Below are positions 29,591-40,312 of a stretch of DNA of 64,000 nucleotides, piece after piece; positions within the stretch are counted from its first letter, which is position 1, and each line of letters starts with the position of its first letter. The notes below the pieces were generated by a model. The model did not search any database and was not told the DNA's origin. It saw only the letters and a list, made by a program, of their open reading frames with translations. The stretch is from Candidatus Latescibacterota bacterium (GTDB lineage Bacteria > Latescibacterota > UBA2968 > UBA8231): assembly GCA_965208105.1 (NCBI GenBank), contig OZ242318.1, forward strand, positions 4,416,001 through 4,480,000, in the 5' to 3' direction. A program made the translations under genes and the position numbers.

Positions 29591-30814
29591 TCAGGCGCCG
29601 AATTTGTCGAGCCGGCAGGCATGTGCAAGGGCCAGGGCCATCAGGGCCGTTGCCGGGATCGTTCCCAGGCTCCCTCCGCGGCAGCCGCGCTCGGAGAAAC
29701 GCGAGGCCGCATCCGCGATTACCCATGGACTGGAAAGCAGGCAGGGCACCGGATGCCAACTGTGCGCCCCCATGGTGGAGGGAGTGGAATGGTCTCCCGT
29801 GACTATCAGCACGTCCGCCTTCAGCTCCAGCAACCTGGGGATGAAGGCGTCTACTTCCTGGAGTAAATCCACCTTCTTGTCGAAGGCGCGGTCCTCGCCC
29901 GCACTGTCGGTTTTCTTGAAGTGCAGGTAAGCGAAATCGTAGGCGGGGAAGTGCTCTTTCAGAACCCGGCAGGCGGACTCCAGATCAGGTCCGGCATCCA
30001 CCGCGTCCATCCCCGCCGCCGCCGCAACGCCGCGGTACATGGGATACCCCGCCAGGGCCAGTGCCCTGAGACCGTAGACGTCGGCCATGCTGGGCACCTG
30101 CGGATAGCATCCGAATCCGCGGACCAGCACCATGTTCGCCGGCTTCTCGGGAGCCAGCAGGTCCCGGGCCTGGCGCAGAAACTCGCCGGCCACCTGGACC
30201 ATGCGCAGGGACCCTGGCCCGCGCGCTTCCAGCGGCCGCGGAGGAACCCCCGTTGCCTGCGGGTCCGAGTCCGTGACCCCATCCTCCAGCCCCTCTCCGC
30301 GAAAGATCGCGCAGGCCCTGTGCTCCTTCTCCGCCCGGACGCAGATTTCAATTCCCGGTATGCGGACCTGCTCCAGAATCGAGCAGAGTCGGCGGGATGT
30401 GCCGGTGGGTATGCGCCCCGCGCGGCGGTCGGCGATCCGGCCTTCGCGGTCCACGGTGCAGAAATTGAGGCGCGCCGCCACGTCCCCGGCCCGAAAGTCG
30501 AGGCCCAATCCCAGGGCGGAAAGGGCGCCCCGCCCGATCCTGTAGCGCCAGGGATCGTAGCCGAAAAGCGCCAGGTGCGCCGGACCGCTCCCGGGGGTGA
30601 TGCCCGGACCTGATGGAGATATCAAGCCACAATCGGCGCTGGAGGCCAGGGCGTCAAGGTTGGGCAGGACCGCGGTTTCCAGCTCGCTCTTGCCCGTCCT
30701 GGGATGGGGCAGTCCTCCCAGGCCATCGATGACGGCCAGCAGAATCTTGGTATCGCTGTCGGCGATGAAGAGATCCGGAGTATAGTCCGAGCTGATCACG
30801 GCCTGCTCTCTCAT
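29591..30814 (-). CDS. apgM: 2,3-bisphosphoglycerate-independent phosphoglycerate mutase (archaeal ApgM type)
   Basis: IDGLGG, TPGSGPAHLALFGYDP, DRRAGRI, TGDHSTP, HSWHPVP. Confidence 0.9.
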   Translation of the reverse strand: MREQAVISSDYTPDLFIADSDTKILLAVIDGLGGLPHPRTGKSELETAVLPNLDALASSADCGLISPSGPGITPGSGPAHLALFGYDPWRYRIGRGALSALGLGLDFRAGDVAARLNFCTVDREGRIADRRAGRIPTGTSRRLCSILEQVRIPGIEICVRAEKEHRACAIFRGEGLEDGVTDSDPQATGVPPRPLEARGPGSLRMVQVAGEFLRQARDLLAPEKPANMVLVRGFGCYPQVPSMADVYGLRALALAGYPMYRGVAAAAGMDAVDAGPDLESACRVLKEHFPAYDFAYLHFKKTDSAGEDRAFDKKVDLLQEVDAFIPRLLELKADVLIVTGDHSTPSTMGAHSWHPVPCLLSSPWVIADAASRFSERGCRGGSLGTIPATALMALALAHACRLDKFGA

Positions 30815-32484
30815 GCCTGGTCGCGGATATCGCGCAACACCATCTGGACGGCATCGTTGCCGGCATAGGAATCTACCTGCAGTTCGAAGGCTGCGGTGAT
30901 TTGCTGTCCGGGGCGCACCTGCGCGGCTTCCTCACCCTGGTTCCACCACAGCGCGCTGCGGCTCTTGCCTCCCACCTTCAACTCCATTTTCAGATGGCTG
31001 CCCTGGCGGCCGATGCGGCTGCAGGAGACCACCTCGCAATCTCTGGCGCCGAAGACCGGAGCCTGGTGACCGCTGCCGAAGGGTTCGAGAGGGGACAGCG
31101 CTTCGAGGGTTTGGCGGCAAATGTCGTCGGGTCGGAGCATGAGGTCGATCTGCAGCCGAGGCTGCAGGTCAGGGTCGGAGATGTGAGCATTGGCGTGGTC
31201 TCTCAGGGCGACGCAAAAGGCTTCATACGACTCCGCCTGCATGGTGAATCCAGCCGCCTGCCTGTGCCCCCCGAAGACGGTCAGGTGCTCGGCGCAGGAG
31301 CTGATCCCGGCGCTGATGTCGTACGCCGGAATGCTGCGTGCGGACCCCGAATAGGTGCCGTCGCCGCGGGCTTCGGTGCATACGGCCACGGGTCGGCTGT
31401 AGGTGTCGGCCAGTTTGCCCGCCAGCAATCCGACGATCCCCAGATGCCAGGTTTCTCCCAGCAGGATGAGGATGCGGTCCTGCTCCAGGTCGTCCGGGGT
31501 GACCAGGGTGCGGGCGTCCTTAAGGGCTTCCCTCTGCAGCTGCTGGCGCTGGCTGTTGAGGGCGTTGAGCTCTTCGGCAAGGACGGCCGCCTCTCCCTCT
31601 TCGCCGGTCCGGAGAAGCTTCAGGGCAAGGTCGGGCGAAGCGAGGCGGCCGGCCACGTTGATTCTCGGACCCAGACGGAATCCCATGGCCTCCGTCGTGA
31701 TGGGCTTGCCCGCGCATCCCGAGATGGCCTTCAGCTGGCGCAGCCCGGGACGCCGGGTGCGCTCGAGGACCTCGATGCCGCGGCGGATGAAGACGCGGTT
31801 CTCTCCCAGCACGGGCACCATGTCGGCTACCGTGCCAAGGGCCACCAGGTCCAGCAGGTCGTTGAGGTAGCGCGTCCTTTCCTGGCCAGCGAGGAAAAGC
31901 CGGCTCAGGGCCTGCACGAGCTTGAAGGTCACACCCACTCCCGCCAGTCCTTTGAATGGGTAGGGGCAGTCGAGGCGGTTGGGATTGATGATACTGTGGG
32001 CAGGAGGCAATGCGCCGAGTTGACGGTGGTGGTCGGCCACTATCACGTCGATTCCCTGGCTCCGGGCAAATTCGATGGCATCGGATGCGGCTATCCCGTT
32101 GTCCACGGTAACGAGGACGGAGGATCCCATGTCCATCGCCCTCCCGACACCCGCGGGCTTCATTCCGTAGCCGTCTGCATGGCGGTCGGGAAGGAGGTAA
32201 TCGCAGGAGGCCCCGGCGCAGTTCAGGAAATCCAGCAGCAAGGCGGTGCTCGTAACTCCGTCCGCATCGTAATCGCCGAAGACGACGATCTTTTCCCCTC
32301 CGCGAATCGCCTCCGCAAGGCGTTCCACACCGCGGTCGAGATCCCTCAACAACTCCGGAGGATGCAGGTTGGCGGGACTGGCGTCCAGGTCGTCCATGGT
32401 CAGAGAGCGGACTGCCAAAAGGGATTCCACCAGCGAATCGTAGGTGTCTTCGCAGAGGATTTCCCATACAGGATTGGCGCGCAT
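30811..32484 (-). CDS. recJ: ssDNA-specific exonuclease RecJ
   Basis: GDYDADG, TVDNG, DHH, ALGTVADM, PRINVAGRL, GGH, EPFG. Confidence 0.95.
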   Translation of the reverse strand: MRANPVWEILCEDTYDSLVESLLAVRSLTMDDLDASPANLHPPELLRDLDRGVERLAEAIRGGEKIVVFGDYDADGVTSTALLLDFLNCAGASCDYLLPDRHADGYGMKPAGVGRAMDMGSSVLVTVDNGIAASDAIEFARSQGIDVIVADHHRQLGALPPAHSIINPNRLDCPYPFKGLAGVGVTFKLVQALSRLFLAGQERTRYLNDLLDLVALGTVADMVPVLGENRVFIRRGIEVLERTRRPGLRQLKAISGCAGKPITTEAMGFRLGPRINVAGRLASPDLALKLLRTGEEGEAAVLAEELNALNSQRQQLQREALKDARTLVTPDDLEQDRILILLGETWHLGIVGLLAGKLADTYSRPVAVCTEARGDGTYSGSARSIPAYDISAGISSCAEHLTVFGGHRQAAGFTMQAESYEAFCVALRDHANAHISDPDLQPRLQIDLMLRPDDICRQTLEALSPLEPFGSGHQAPVFGARDCEVVSCSRIGRQGSHLKMELKVGGKSRSALWWNQGEEAAQVRPGQQITAAFELQVDSYAGNDAVQMVLRDIRDQA

Positions 32485-32613
32485 TCGGAGTAGTGGTCTC
32501 GGGCTGTAGGGGGGGATGGGTTGACAGTTCCTATCGGTTGAATATGGACACCTGGAAAATGGACGTCAAGATCCTGCCGGACTCCTTGCTCGGGGCTGCT
32601 GCTTATTTACATT

Positions 32614-33936
32614 ATGGGCAGGCCGAACTCTCCCCGACAGTCCAGGGATCCCCTTCACATTGCCAGATTATTCGACCGGATGCGCGGGAAATTCCGCTTG
32701 TTCAGACAATCTCTCGTCTTCGTCAGTCTGTGGTCCCCGGGCCTGTGCCTGGCTCTGGAGGGGTCCGACGCGGGCGTCGAAATAGGCATCGACCTTCACA
32801 GTCCCCCCTGCGGCATCGGTGGGGGAGAGGTGGTCGAGTTCCTCGTCAGCGCGCGCAATATGAGCGACGTGCGCCAGATCAAGCTGGAGATGCGCTGGGA
32901 ACCACCCGGCGCGGTCGACAGTGTCACGGCGCAACTGACCGAAGCCAGCCGGCAGCAGGGCCTGATCGCTCCCTTTGCTCCAGAGCTGTATGGATCGCGG
33001 GCGGAGTTCGGCCTGGCCACCTTCGGCGCGGCGGTAAACGGCGACTACGACCTGGCCCTTCTCGGCTTCGAGCTGGCCCCCCACGTGGACGCGGGTACGC
33101 CCATCGCCATCTGGATCGAGGCTGTGTCCCTTGGTCCCTCCTTCGCCGTGCGCGATACCATCCGGCCGGTTCAGGCGACCGCCCTGAGCAATTTCTGCGA
33201 CGCCGGCCAGCGGGTCCACCGCCGGATTCTTTTCGTCAGTCCCCTGGAAGAGCGTCTCTTCTTCTCCATTCCTCCGTCCGGCGGGGCGGCCGACGGCAGC
33301 CAGGGGGAGGTTTCCGTTCGCGCCCGCTTCTTCGACAACGGAAGAGTCGTACCCCGGCAGGTGATCGACTGGACCCTCGACAACACGGGATCCGCGCCGT
33401 TCTATGCATTCGCGGGAGAGGAATCCTTCCGGGTCGATCCGGGCAGCTCCAGGATGATCTCTACTGTGAGCGACGAGCGCGGCGAGGCCGAGGTCCTGGT
33501 GGACGCCGAACCAGGCCCCGAACCGGGATCGGCGGTTGCCGCCCTGACCCTCTGCGGAGAGCGGGCAGGCGGCACCTCCTGCGCCACTTCGCGCCTGACC
33601 TGGGACCTTGGGCCAACCACCATGGTCACCGCGCTCGACTCCCATCCCCGGCAGCGGCTGCAGCTGGGCCAGAACTACCCCAATCCCTTCAATGCGATGA
33701 CTTCCATTCCGTTCTCCGTTTCCCGCACTGCGGCCGCCCCCGTGAGGCTGGAGGTTTTCAACCTGGCCGGGCAGGTCGTCCGGACTCTTGCCCGAGGCCA
33801 CCTGCTTCCCGGTCCTTACGCGCTGACCTGGGACGGGCGCAACCTCCACGGAGAGGACCTTGCCAGCGGCCTCTACATCTATCGTTTGCGCCAGGGTTCC
33901 GAAGACCATGTCCGCAGCATGATGCTCCTGCGCTGA
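32614..33936 (+). CDS. Secreted protein with C-terminal FlgD-Ig/T9SS-like sorting domain (start may be 32680)
   Basis: QNYPNPFN...VFNLAGQVVRTL...WDGRN..G...ASGLYIYRL tail. Confidence 0.8.
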   Translation: MGRPNSPRQSRDPLHIARLFDRMRGKFRLFRQSLVFVSLWSPGLCLALEGSDAGVEIGIDLHSPPCGIGGGEVVEFLVSARNMSDVRQIKLEMRWEPPGAVDSVTAQLTEASRQQGLIAPFAPELYGSRAEFGLATFGAAVNGDYDLALLGFELAPHVDAGTPIAIWIEAVSLGPSFAVRDTIRPVQATALSNFCDAGQRVHRRILFVSPLEERLFFSIPPSGGAADGSQGEVSVRARFFDNGRVVPRQVIDWTLDNTGSAPFYAFAGEESFRVDPGSSRMISTVSDERGEAEVLVDAEPGPEPGSAVAALTLCGERAGGTSCATSRLTWDLGPTTMVTALDSHPRQRLQLGQNYPNPFNAMTSIPFSVSRTAAAPVRLEVFNLAGQVVRTLARGHLLPGPYALTWDGRNLHGEDLASGLYIYRLRQGSEDHVRSMMLLR

Positions 33937-33942
33937 GGTCCC

Positions 33943-35271
33943 ATGAAATTCAAGGATCCCGCCCGGGAAAGGGCCCTTGTCTTGCTCTGCGAACTCGAAT
34001 CTGGAAGGAGGACGCTCGACAGCCTTTCGGCGTACCTGGACCCGCTCGCCCCGAGGGACCGCCGCTTTGCGCGCCAGCTGGTTCTGGGGACCTTGCGCTG
34101 GCGGCGGCGCCTCGACTGGATTGTTGACCAATCGTCGCGGCGGCCCATAGCCTCCTGCTCCTCCCCGGCCCGCCAGATTCTGCGGATGGGTGTATTTCAG
34201 CTGGGCTGGCTCGACAGGGTTCCCGCGCGTGCGGCCGTCCACACCTCGGTGGAGCTGGCCAAGGGAGTTGCCCATCGCGGCGTGGCGGCGCTGGTCAACG
34301 CGGTCCTGCGCCGGGTCGCGCGCCGGATCCACGAGACCGCATATCCCTCGCGGCGGTCGGATGTTGCCGCCTATCTGGGCATCTATCACTCCCATCCCCA
34401 GTGGCTGGTGGATCGCTGGCTGCAAAGATGGGGAGAGGAGGTAACCACCGGCCTGCTCCGTGCAAACAATGCCCGCGCCCCGGTGTGCATTCGCCTGAAC
34501 CCCCTGCGCGCAGGCGCCGCCGAACTGGGGAATTCCCTGGGTGGTGAAGGCTTCCACCTCGAACCGGCCGGGTTGCTGCCCGGATTTTTTGCCGTGCCGG
34601 ACGCAACCGGACTCTTTGAGACCCGGGCCTATGAGGCCGGACTGTTTCAGGCGCAGGACGCCAACGCCGGTCTGGCCGTGGCCCTTCTCGACCCCCGTCC
34701 AGGTGAACGGGTGCTGGATTTGTGCAGCGCCCCGGGAGGCAAGACGACCCAGGCTGCCATGGCCATGGAGGACCGCGGCCTCGTTGTTGCGGCGGACCAC
34801 TCCCACGGGCGCCTGCTGCGGGTGCGGGAAAATGCCCGCAGGCTTGGCCTGAAGAGCATCAGGACGGTGGTTCAGGATGCCCGCACAGGGGGAGGCGAAG
34901 GCTTCGACCGGGTGCTGGCGGACGTTCCATGCAGCGGCAGCGGCACCCTCGGCCGCCATCCGGACGCCCGCTGGAACAGGCGGCCCCGCGACCTGCCCGC
35001 CCTTGTCGAGGTCCAGCAGGCCATCATTGCGGCGGCCTTTGCCCGCCTGAAACCGGGCGGCGTCATGGTCTACAGTACCTGCAGCCTGGAGGATGAGGAG
35101 AACGCAGGGGTGGTGGCGCGGTTCCTGGCGGCCAACGACGACGCCGAGCTGGACCCGGCGGCGGTCGGCATTGGACCGGGACCCTGGGCAGGTCCCTATC
35201 TCCAGACCCGCCCCGACCGCGAGGACGGCGACGGCAGCTTCGCTGCGCGCATCCGCAAGAGGTCGATATGA
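33943..35271 (+). CDS. rsmB: 16S rRNA m5C967 methyltransferase
   Basis: NusB-like N-terminus, SHPQW, DLCSAPGGKT, DVPCSG, YSTCS. Confidence 0.95.
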   Translation: MKFKDPARERALVLLCELESGRRTLDSLSAYLDPLAPRDRRFARQLVLGTLRWRRRLDWIVDQSSRRPIASCSSPARQILRMGVFQLGWLDRVPARAAVHTSVELAKGVAHRGVAALVNAVLRRVARRIHETAYPSRRSDVAAYLGIYHSHPQWLVDRWLQRWGEEVTTGLLRANNARAPVCIRLNPLRAGAAELGNSLGGEGFHLEPAGLLPGFFAVPDATGLFETRAYEAGLFQAQDANAGLAVALLDPRPGERVLDLCSAPGGKTTQAAMAMEDRGLVVAADHSHGRLLRVRENARRLGLKSIRTVVQDARTGGGEGFDRVLADVPCSGSGTLGRHPDARWNRRPRDLPALVEVQQAIIAAAFARLKPGGVMVYSTCSLEDEENAGVVARFLAANDDAELDPAAVGIGPGPWAGPYLQTRPDREDGDGSFAARIRKRSI

Positions 35272-35873
35272 AGCGGCTTGTGGGCAGAATCGTATATTTC
35301 ATCCTCCTCACAGGGGGAACTGCCGTCCTCGCCCTCCTGGTGCTCGACATCCTGATCATGCCCTACCTGGTGGACGTCGCAAAGGTGCGGGTTCCCGAGC
35401 TGCGCGGCCTCGGCGCCGACCAGGCGCGGCGCGAGCTCGACCGGATGGACCTGCGCCTGGCCATCTCGGACAGTGTATTCCACGAAGAACTGGCTGTCGG
35501 CATGGTCGTCAGCCAGACCCCGCCGGGATCCACCCAGGTCAAGAAGGGCCGCCGCGTAGCGGTCGACGTCAGCGCCGGGAGGCGCCTATATCCCGTACCC
35601 GACGTGGGAAGGGTGAGCCGGCGCGAAGCCAGGCTGCAGCTGGAGGCCTCCCAGCTCCGTCTCGGAGAGGTCGAATTCGCCTACTCGCCTGTCATTCCAC
35701 AAGGCGCCGTCATCCACCAGGCTCCCCGTCCCGGAGTCGGGCTCCCTCGCGGCAGCATGGTCGATCTGACCATCAGCAAAGGGGCGCCTCCAATCCACGA
35801 GCGTCCATCCGGCCTCGAGAGACCGTCACCCGAGGCAGGGCAGGACACCCTGGGCAAAGGAGAAGAACAATGA
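35268..35873 (+). CDS. Membrane-anchored PASTA-domain protein
   Basis: TM helix followed by two VPE/VPD...Q.P PASTA repeats. Confidence 0.85.
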   Translation: MKRLVGRIVYFILLTGGTAVLALLVLDILIMPYLVDVAKVRVPELRGLGADQARRELDRMDLRLAISDSVFHEELAVGMVVSQTPPGSTQVKKGRRVAVDVSAGRRLYPVPDVGRVSRREARLQLEASQLRLGEVEFAYSPVIPQGAVIHQAPRPGVGLPRGSMVDLTISKGAPPIHERPSGLERPSPEAGQDTLGKGEEQ

Positions 35874-36523
35874 CCGCCGATTCCACCCGGATCGCACCTT
35901 CTCTACTGGCCGCCGATTTCGCCCGGCTTGGAGATGAAATAAAGCGCATGGAGGAGGCCGGAGCCGACCTTTTCCACCTCGACGTCATGGACGGTCATTT
36001 TGTGCCCAACATCAGCTTCGGCATTCCGGTGGTCGAGGCCATCCGCCGGTCGACCCGGCTGAAACTGGACACTCACCTCATGATTTCGGAACCGGACAAG
36101 TACCTCCATGCCTTCTGCGCAGCCGGGGCCGATTCCCTCACCGTGCACGTGGAGGTGTGCCCCCATCCCGAGCGGACCATCGACGCCGTCCACTCCCTGG
36201 ACCTGGAATGTGGTCTCGCAGTCAACCCCTCGACCCCGGTCGACGCTCTCTTCCCCTACCTGGGAGATGTCGACCTGGCCCTGGTCATGTCCGTCGAGCC
36301 CGGATTCGGGGGCCAGTCCTTCCTCCCCCAGGCGGTGCCCAAGATCGATGCGCTGCGGTCCCGCATCGAAGGCCGGGGGATGTCTCTTGCCATCGGGGTG
36401 GACGGGGGAGTCAACGGGGACAACGCCCCGTCCTGCACGGCGGCAGGAGCCCGTCTGCTGGTGGCGGGTTCCTCCGTTTTCGGCGCTCCGGACGCAGCCG
36501 AGGCCATCCGATCCATGCGCTAG
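35870..36523 (+). CDS. rpe: Ribulose-phosphate 3-epimerase
   Basis: IAPSLLAADF, HLDVMDGHFVPN, MSVEPGFGGQ, VDGG. Confidence 0.96.
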   Translation: MTADSTRIAPSLLAADFARLGDEIKRMEEAGADLFHLDVMDGHFVPNISFGIPVVEAIRRSTRLKLDTHLMISEPDKYLHAFCAAGADSLTVHVEVCPHPERTIDAVHSLDLECGLAVNPSTPVDALFPYLGDVDLALVMSVEPGFGGQSFLPQAVPKIDALRSRIEGRGMSLAIGVDGGVNGDNAPSCTAAGARLLVAGSSVFGAPDAAEAIRSMR

Positions 36524-36547
36524 CAAGCATAGGCTTCCTGCTTCATA

Positions 36548-36576
36548 TTGCTGAACTTATCCCCTCGACCTATATT
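36548..36576 (+). promoter_or_regulatory. Sigma70-like promoter of the ffh operon
   Basis: TTGCTG-N17-TATATT. Confidence 0.55.
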
Positions 36577-36629
36577 ATTTAGTTTCCCCGGGCCTTTCAT
36601 GCACGGGATTTTTCAGGGGATTTCTCGCC

Positions 36630-37958
36630 ATGTTCGACCGCCTTACCGAGCGTTTTGATGATGTCTTTCGCAAGCTTAGCGGTCGCGGCAAGATCAGCGA
36701 GCGCAACGTCGACGAGGCCCTGCGCGAGATCCGCCGCGCCCTGCTGGAGGCGGACGTCAATTTCAAGGTCGCCAGGAGCTTTATTCAGCGCATCAGGGAG
36801 CGCGCCATCGGCCACGAGGTGATGAGGAGCCTGACGCCGGGCCAGCAGATGATCAAGCTGGTGCACGAAGAGCTGATGGCACTTCTCGGTGGCGAGAACA
36901 GTCCCCTGAGGCTGGCCGACCGTCCTCCCACTGTCGTTTTGCTGGTGGGGCTCCAGGGCTGCGGGAAGACCACGGTTGCCGCCAAGCTCGCCCTGCGGTT
37001 CAAGGAACAGGGCCGCCCCCCGCTGCTGGTCGCCGCCGACGTGTATCGGCCTGCAGCGGTGGACCAGTTGCAAACCCTGGGGGCAGCCATCGATGTTCCG
37101 GTCTATGCTCAGGCGCCTCCATCCGATCCGGTGGAGATCTGCCTCCGTGGACTCGAGGAAGCGCGCGGGTCCAACCGCAGCATCGCCATCGTCGACACTG
37201 CCGGCCGCCTCGGCATCGACGCCGAGATGATGGAGGAATTGGTCGCCATCAAGGCCGCCGTCAGCCCCGATGAGATTCTTTTCGTGGCCGATGCCATGCT
37301 GGGTCAGGACGCTGTGGAGACGGCCGCCCGCTTCCACGAAGGCCTTGCCTTCAGCGGCTGTGTATTGACCAAGATGGATGGCGACGCCCGCGGTGGCGCG
37401 GCCTTGTCAATCCGCGAGGTTACGGGCGCCCCTGTCAAGTTCATCGGTAGCGGAGAAAGACCGGATGATCTCGAATCCTTTCACCCCGACCGCATGGCCG
37501 GCCGGATTCTCGGAATGGGCGATGTCCTCTCCCTCGTGGAAAAGGCGGAGCAGGCCTTCGAGCGCAGAAAGATGGAGAAGATGGAGGAGCGCCTGCGCCG
37601 GCAGAGTTTCACCTTCGACGATTTTCTCGAGCAGGTCGACGCGATCAGGAAGATGGGCCCCCTGGATCAGGTAATGGGAATGATTCCCGGAGGGAACAAC
37701 GCGCTCAAGGGGGTCCGGATGAACCAGTCAGCTTTCGGACAGGTCGAGGCGATAATCCAGTCCATGACCACCGAGGAACGCCGCAGCCCCCAGATCCTCA
37801 ACGGCAGCCGCCGCAAGCGCATCGCCCGGGGAAGCGGAACCACGGTCCAGGATGTCAACCGGCTGGTGAAACAGTTCCAGACCATGCAGAAGATGATGAA
37901 GCAGATGAACCGCAGGAAGCCCGGAAAGATGCAGTTCAACATGCCATTCATGGGCTGA
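36630..37958 (+). CDS. ffh: Signal recognition particle protein
   Basis: GLQGCGKTT, DTAGR, TKMDGDARGG, M domain SRRKRIARGSG. Confidence 0.98.
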   Translation: MFDRLTERFDDVFRKLSGRGKISERNVDEALREIRRALLEADVNFKVARSFIQRIRERAIGHEVMRSLTPGQQMIKLVHEELMALLGGENSPLRLADRPPTVVLLVGLQGCGKTTVAAKLALRFKEQGRPPLLVAADVYRPAAVDQLQTLGAAIDVPVYAQAPPSDPVEICLRGLEEARGSNRSIAIVDTAGRLGIDAEMMEELVAIKAAVSPDEILFVADAMLGQDAVETAARFHEGLAFSGCVLTKMDGDARGGAALSIREVTGAPVKFIGSGERPDDLESFHPDRMAGRILGMGDVLSLVEKAEQAFERRKMEKMEERLRRQSFTFDDFLEQVDAIRKMGPLDQVMGMIPGGNNALKGVRMNQSAFGQVEAIIQSMTTEERRSPQILNGSRRKRIARGSGTTVQDVNRLVKQFQTMQKMMKQMNRRKPGKMQFNMPFMG

Positions 37959-37992
37959 ATTTCAACGTGCAATCATACAAAGGAGACGGTCA

Positions 37993-38370
37993 TTGGTTAA
38001 ACTGCGCCTGATGAGACTGGGCAAGAGGAAGCGTCCCTTCTACCGGATCGTGGCCATGGACATAAACGCTCCGGCCAATGGTCAAGCCCTGGGCCAGGTG
38101 GGAATCTACGACCCCGTCAACGCCGAGGTGAAGATCGACGAAGACACGGCGCGGTTGTGGCTCGAGCGCGGGGCAGTCATGACCGAAACGGTCAGAACTC
38201 TGTTGAAGAGTCAAGGCGTCCTGGCGCGCTGGAGAGGACTGGAAGGCAGAGTACGGGAGGACACCCTGCACATGGACAAGCCTGCGCGGCGGCGCAAGCT
38301 GGCCCAGAGCAGCGAGCCTGAAATAGCCGCAGATGAAGCCGAAGGGGAGGCCGACCAGCCCCAGGAATGA
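37993..38370 (+). CDS. rpsP: 30S ribosomal protein S16 (C-terminally extended)
   Basis: MVKLRLMRLGKRKRPFYRIV; position after ffh. Confidence 0.95.
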   Translation: MVKLRLMRLGKRKRPFYRIVAMDINAPANGQALGQVGIYDPVNAEVKIDEDTARLWLERGAVMTETVRTLLKSQGVLARWRGLEGRVREDTLHMDKPARRRKLAQSSEPEIAADEAEGEADQPQE

Positions 38371-38436
38371 CCGGGGGTTTCGCCCCCCGCTGGTATCTCC
38401 CCTCATTCCCTGCGGGTAGCCGGGAGCAGGTCCTGG

Positions 38437-38967
38437 ATGGGAAATGGTTCTTCGGACCGCGTCGCCGTGGGATACGTCACCGGAACGAAGGGTGTGCGCG
38501 GGGCGGTCAGGGTCGAGGTCCTGACCCACAGTCTCAGCCGCTTCGACGAAATTGCGCAGGTAGTCCTGCAAAAGGAGGGCCAAAAGGACCTGGCGCTTCA
38601 AATCGAGGACTGGCGGCCGGAGCGCCGCGGCATAGTCGTCAAGTTCGCCGGCGTCGACGCACCCGAAACCGCCAGGGAAGTCCTGCTCAGGGGCTATATC
38701 ACCATTGCCCCCGGCGAGGTACCGTCGCCGCCAAGTGGAAAGTACTACATATCCGACCTGATCGGTTGCCGGGTCGAAGACGAGGCAGGCGGGCATCTGG
38801 GGGAAATCGTCGATGTATTGCAGGAACCGTCCACCGATGCCTACGTGGTGAGGGACGGAGGCAACGAGTTTCTGGTTCCGGCGGTGGCCGACTTCATTGT
38901 CGACCTCTCCGTCACCGGGCGGCGGCTGGTCGTCCGGGGCATCGAGGAACTGTTGAAGCCGTTATGA
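38437..38967 (+). CDS. rimM: Ribosome maturation factor RimM
   Basis: VGYV.GTKGVRG, YYISDLIG, LVPAV; synteny. Confidence 0.93.
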   Translation: MGNGSSDRVAVGYVTGTKGVRGAVRVEVLTHSLSRFDEIAQVVLQKEGQKDLALQIEDWRPERRGIVVKFAGVDAPETAREVLLRGYITIAPGEVPSPPSGKYYISDLIGCRVEDEAGGHLGEIVDVLQEPSTDAYVVRDGGNEFLVPAVADFIVDLSVTGRRLVVRGIEELLKPL

Positions 38968-39704
38968 AAATCGACATCGTTTCCCTCTTTCCCGGCTATT
39001 TCACCTCGCCCCTGGACACGAGCATGATTTCCCGGGGCCGGCGCCGGGGACTGGTGGAGATCGCGGTCCACGATCTGCGGACCTTTGCGGTTGACCGCCA
39101 TGGGACCGTGGATGACGCTCCCTACGGCGGTGGAGGGGGAATGGTGATCAAGCCCGAGCCGGTTGCACGGGCTTGGGAGGCCCTCCAGCTCCACCGGGGC
39201 CACTGCATCTACCTGACGGCAGATGGACGGCCCTTCGATCAGCGATTGGCCATGGAGCTGTCCCTGGAAGAACGCCTGGTCTTGCTGTGCGGCCATTACA
39301 AGGGCATCGACGAGCGTTCCCGAGGGCGCTGCATCGACCGGGAGATTTCCGTGGGCGACTACGTCCTCACCGGCGGCGAACCGGCGGCCCTCGTTGTGAT
39401 CGACGCGGTCGTGCGCCTCATTCCGGGCGTGCTGGGAAACTTCAGCTCGGCTCTGGAGGACTCCTTTCACGAAGACCTGCTGGATTGTCCCTGGTACACC
39501 CGGCCCGAGGAGTTCTGCGACGAGAAGGTCCCCGGGGTCCTGCTCAGCGGGGACCACGGGGAAGTGCGCCGGTGGCGCCGGCGCCAGGCCTTGCGCCGCA
39601 CCTTCGAGCGCCGTCCCGATCTTCTGGAAAGGGCCGACCTGGACGAGGAGGAACGCCGTATCATAGCTGGTTGGAGTGAAGGACAAGGCAAGAGCAAGTT
39701 CTAG
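38964..39704 (+). CDS. trmD: tRNA (guanine-N1)-methyltransferase
   Basis: [33 protein letters not shown]. Confidence 0.97.
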   Translation: MKIDIVSLFPGYFTSPLDTSMISRGRRRGLVEIAVHDLRTFAVDRHGTVDDAPYGGGGGMVIKPEPVARAWEALQLHRGHCIYLTADGRPFDQRLAMELSLEERLVLLCGHYKGIDERSRGRCIDREISVGDYVLTGGEPAALVVIDAVVRLIPGVLGNFSSALEDSFHEDLLDCPWYTRPEEFCDEKVPGVLLSGDHGEVRRWRRRQALRRTFERRPDLLERADLDEEERRIIAGWSEGQGKSKF

Positions 39705-39721
39705 AGAGGAGGAGGGACATC

Positions 39722-40069
39722 ATGGACATGAGCATAATGCGCGAATTGACATCGGATCAGCTGAAAAACGATATCCCCGATTTCAAACCCGGCGACACGT
39801 TGCGCATTCACGTGCGCGTAATCGAGGGAGAGAAGGAACGGGTCCAGGTTTTCGAGGGGGATGTCATACAGCGCAGGGGCAGCGGAATTCAGGAGACCGT
39901 GACCGTGCGCAAGGTCACTCAGGGGGTAGCCGTCGAGCGCATATTTCCGGTGCATTCCCCCCGGGTCTCGCAAATCGAGAACATTCGCCGCGGCAAGGTG
40001 CGGCGGGCCCGCCTGTTCTACCTGCGCAGCCGCAAGGGCAAGGCCGCGCGTATCAAGGAAAGGCGGTAA
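39722..40069 (+). CDS. rplS: 50S ribosomal protein L19
   Basis: [30 protein letters not shown]. Confidence 0.97.
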   Translation: MDMSIMRELTSDQLKNDIPDFKPGDTLRIHVRVIEGEKERVQVFEGDVIQRRGSGIQETVTVRKVTQGVAVERIFPVHSPRVSQIENIRRGKVRRARLFYLRSRKGKAARIKERR

Positions 40070-40075
40070 ACTGCC

Positions 40076-40312
40076 ATGGACCGGGCGCACGACCATTCCT
40101 TTCCCTTTGCCAGGAAGAACTGGATAATCTTCGCCCTCGGAATCGCGGTCATCCTCCTCGGCTATGTTCTTCTGAGCATCCCTCCCGCCGACGGCTTCCT
40201 GTCCCTGACCCTGGCCCCCATCCTGCTGGTGGCGGGTTACTGTATTCTGATCCCCATGACCATTCTGGCCAAGGCCGGTGCGGGCAAGTCATCGGACAGC
40301 AAGGAAAAATGA
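40076..40312 (+). CDS. Small membrane protein (DUF3098-like)
   Basis: F.RKNW + two TM helices, LAPILLVAGY. Confidence 0.75.
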   Translation: MDRAHDHSFPFARKNWIIFALGIAVILLGYVLLSIPPADGFLSLTLAPILLVAGYCILIPMTILAKAGAGKSSDSKEK

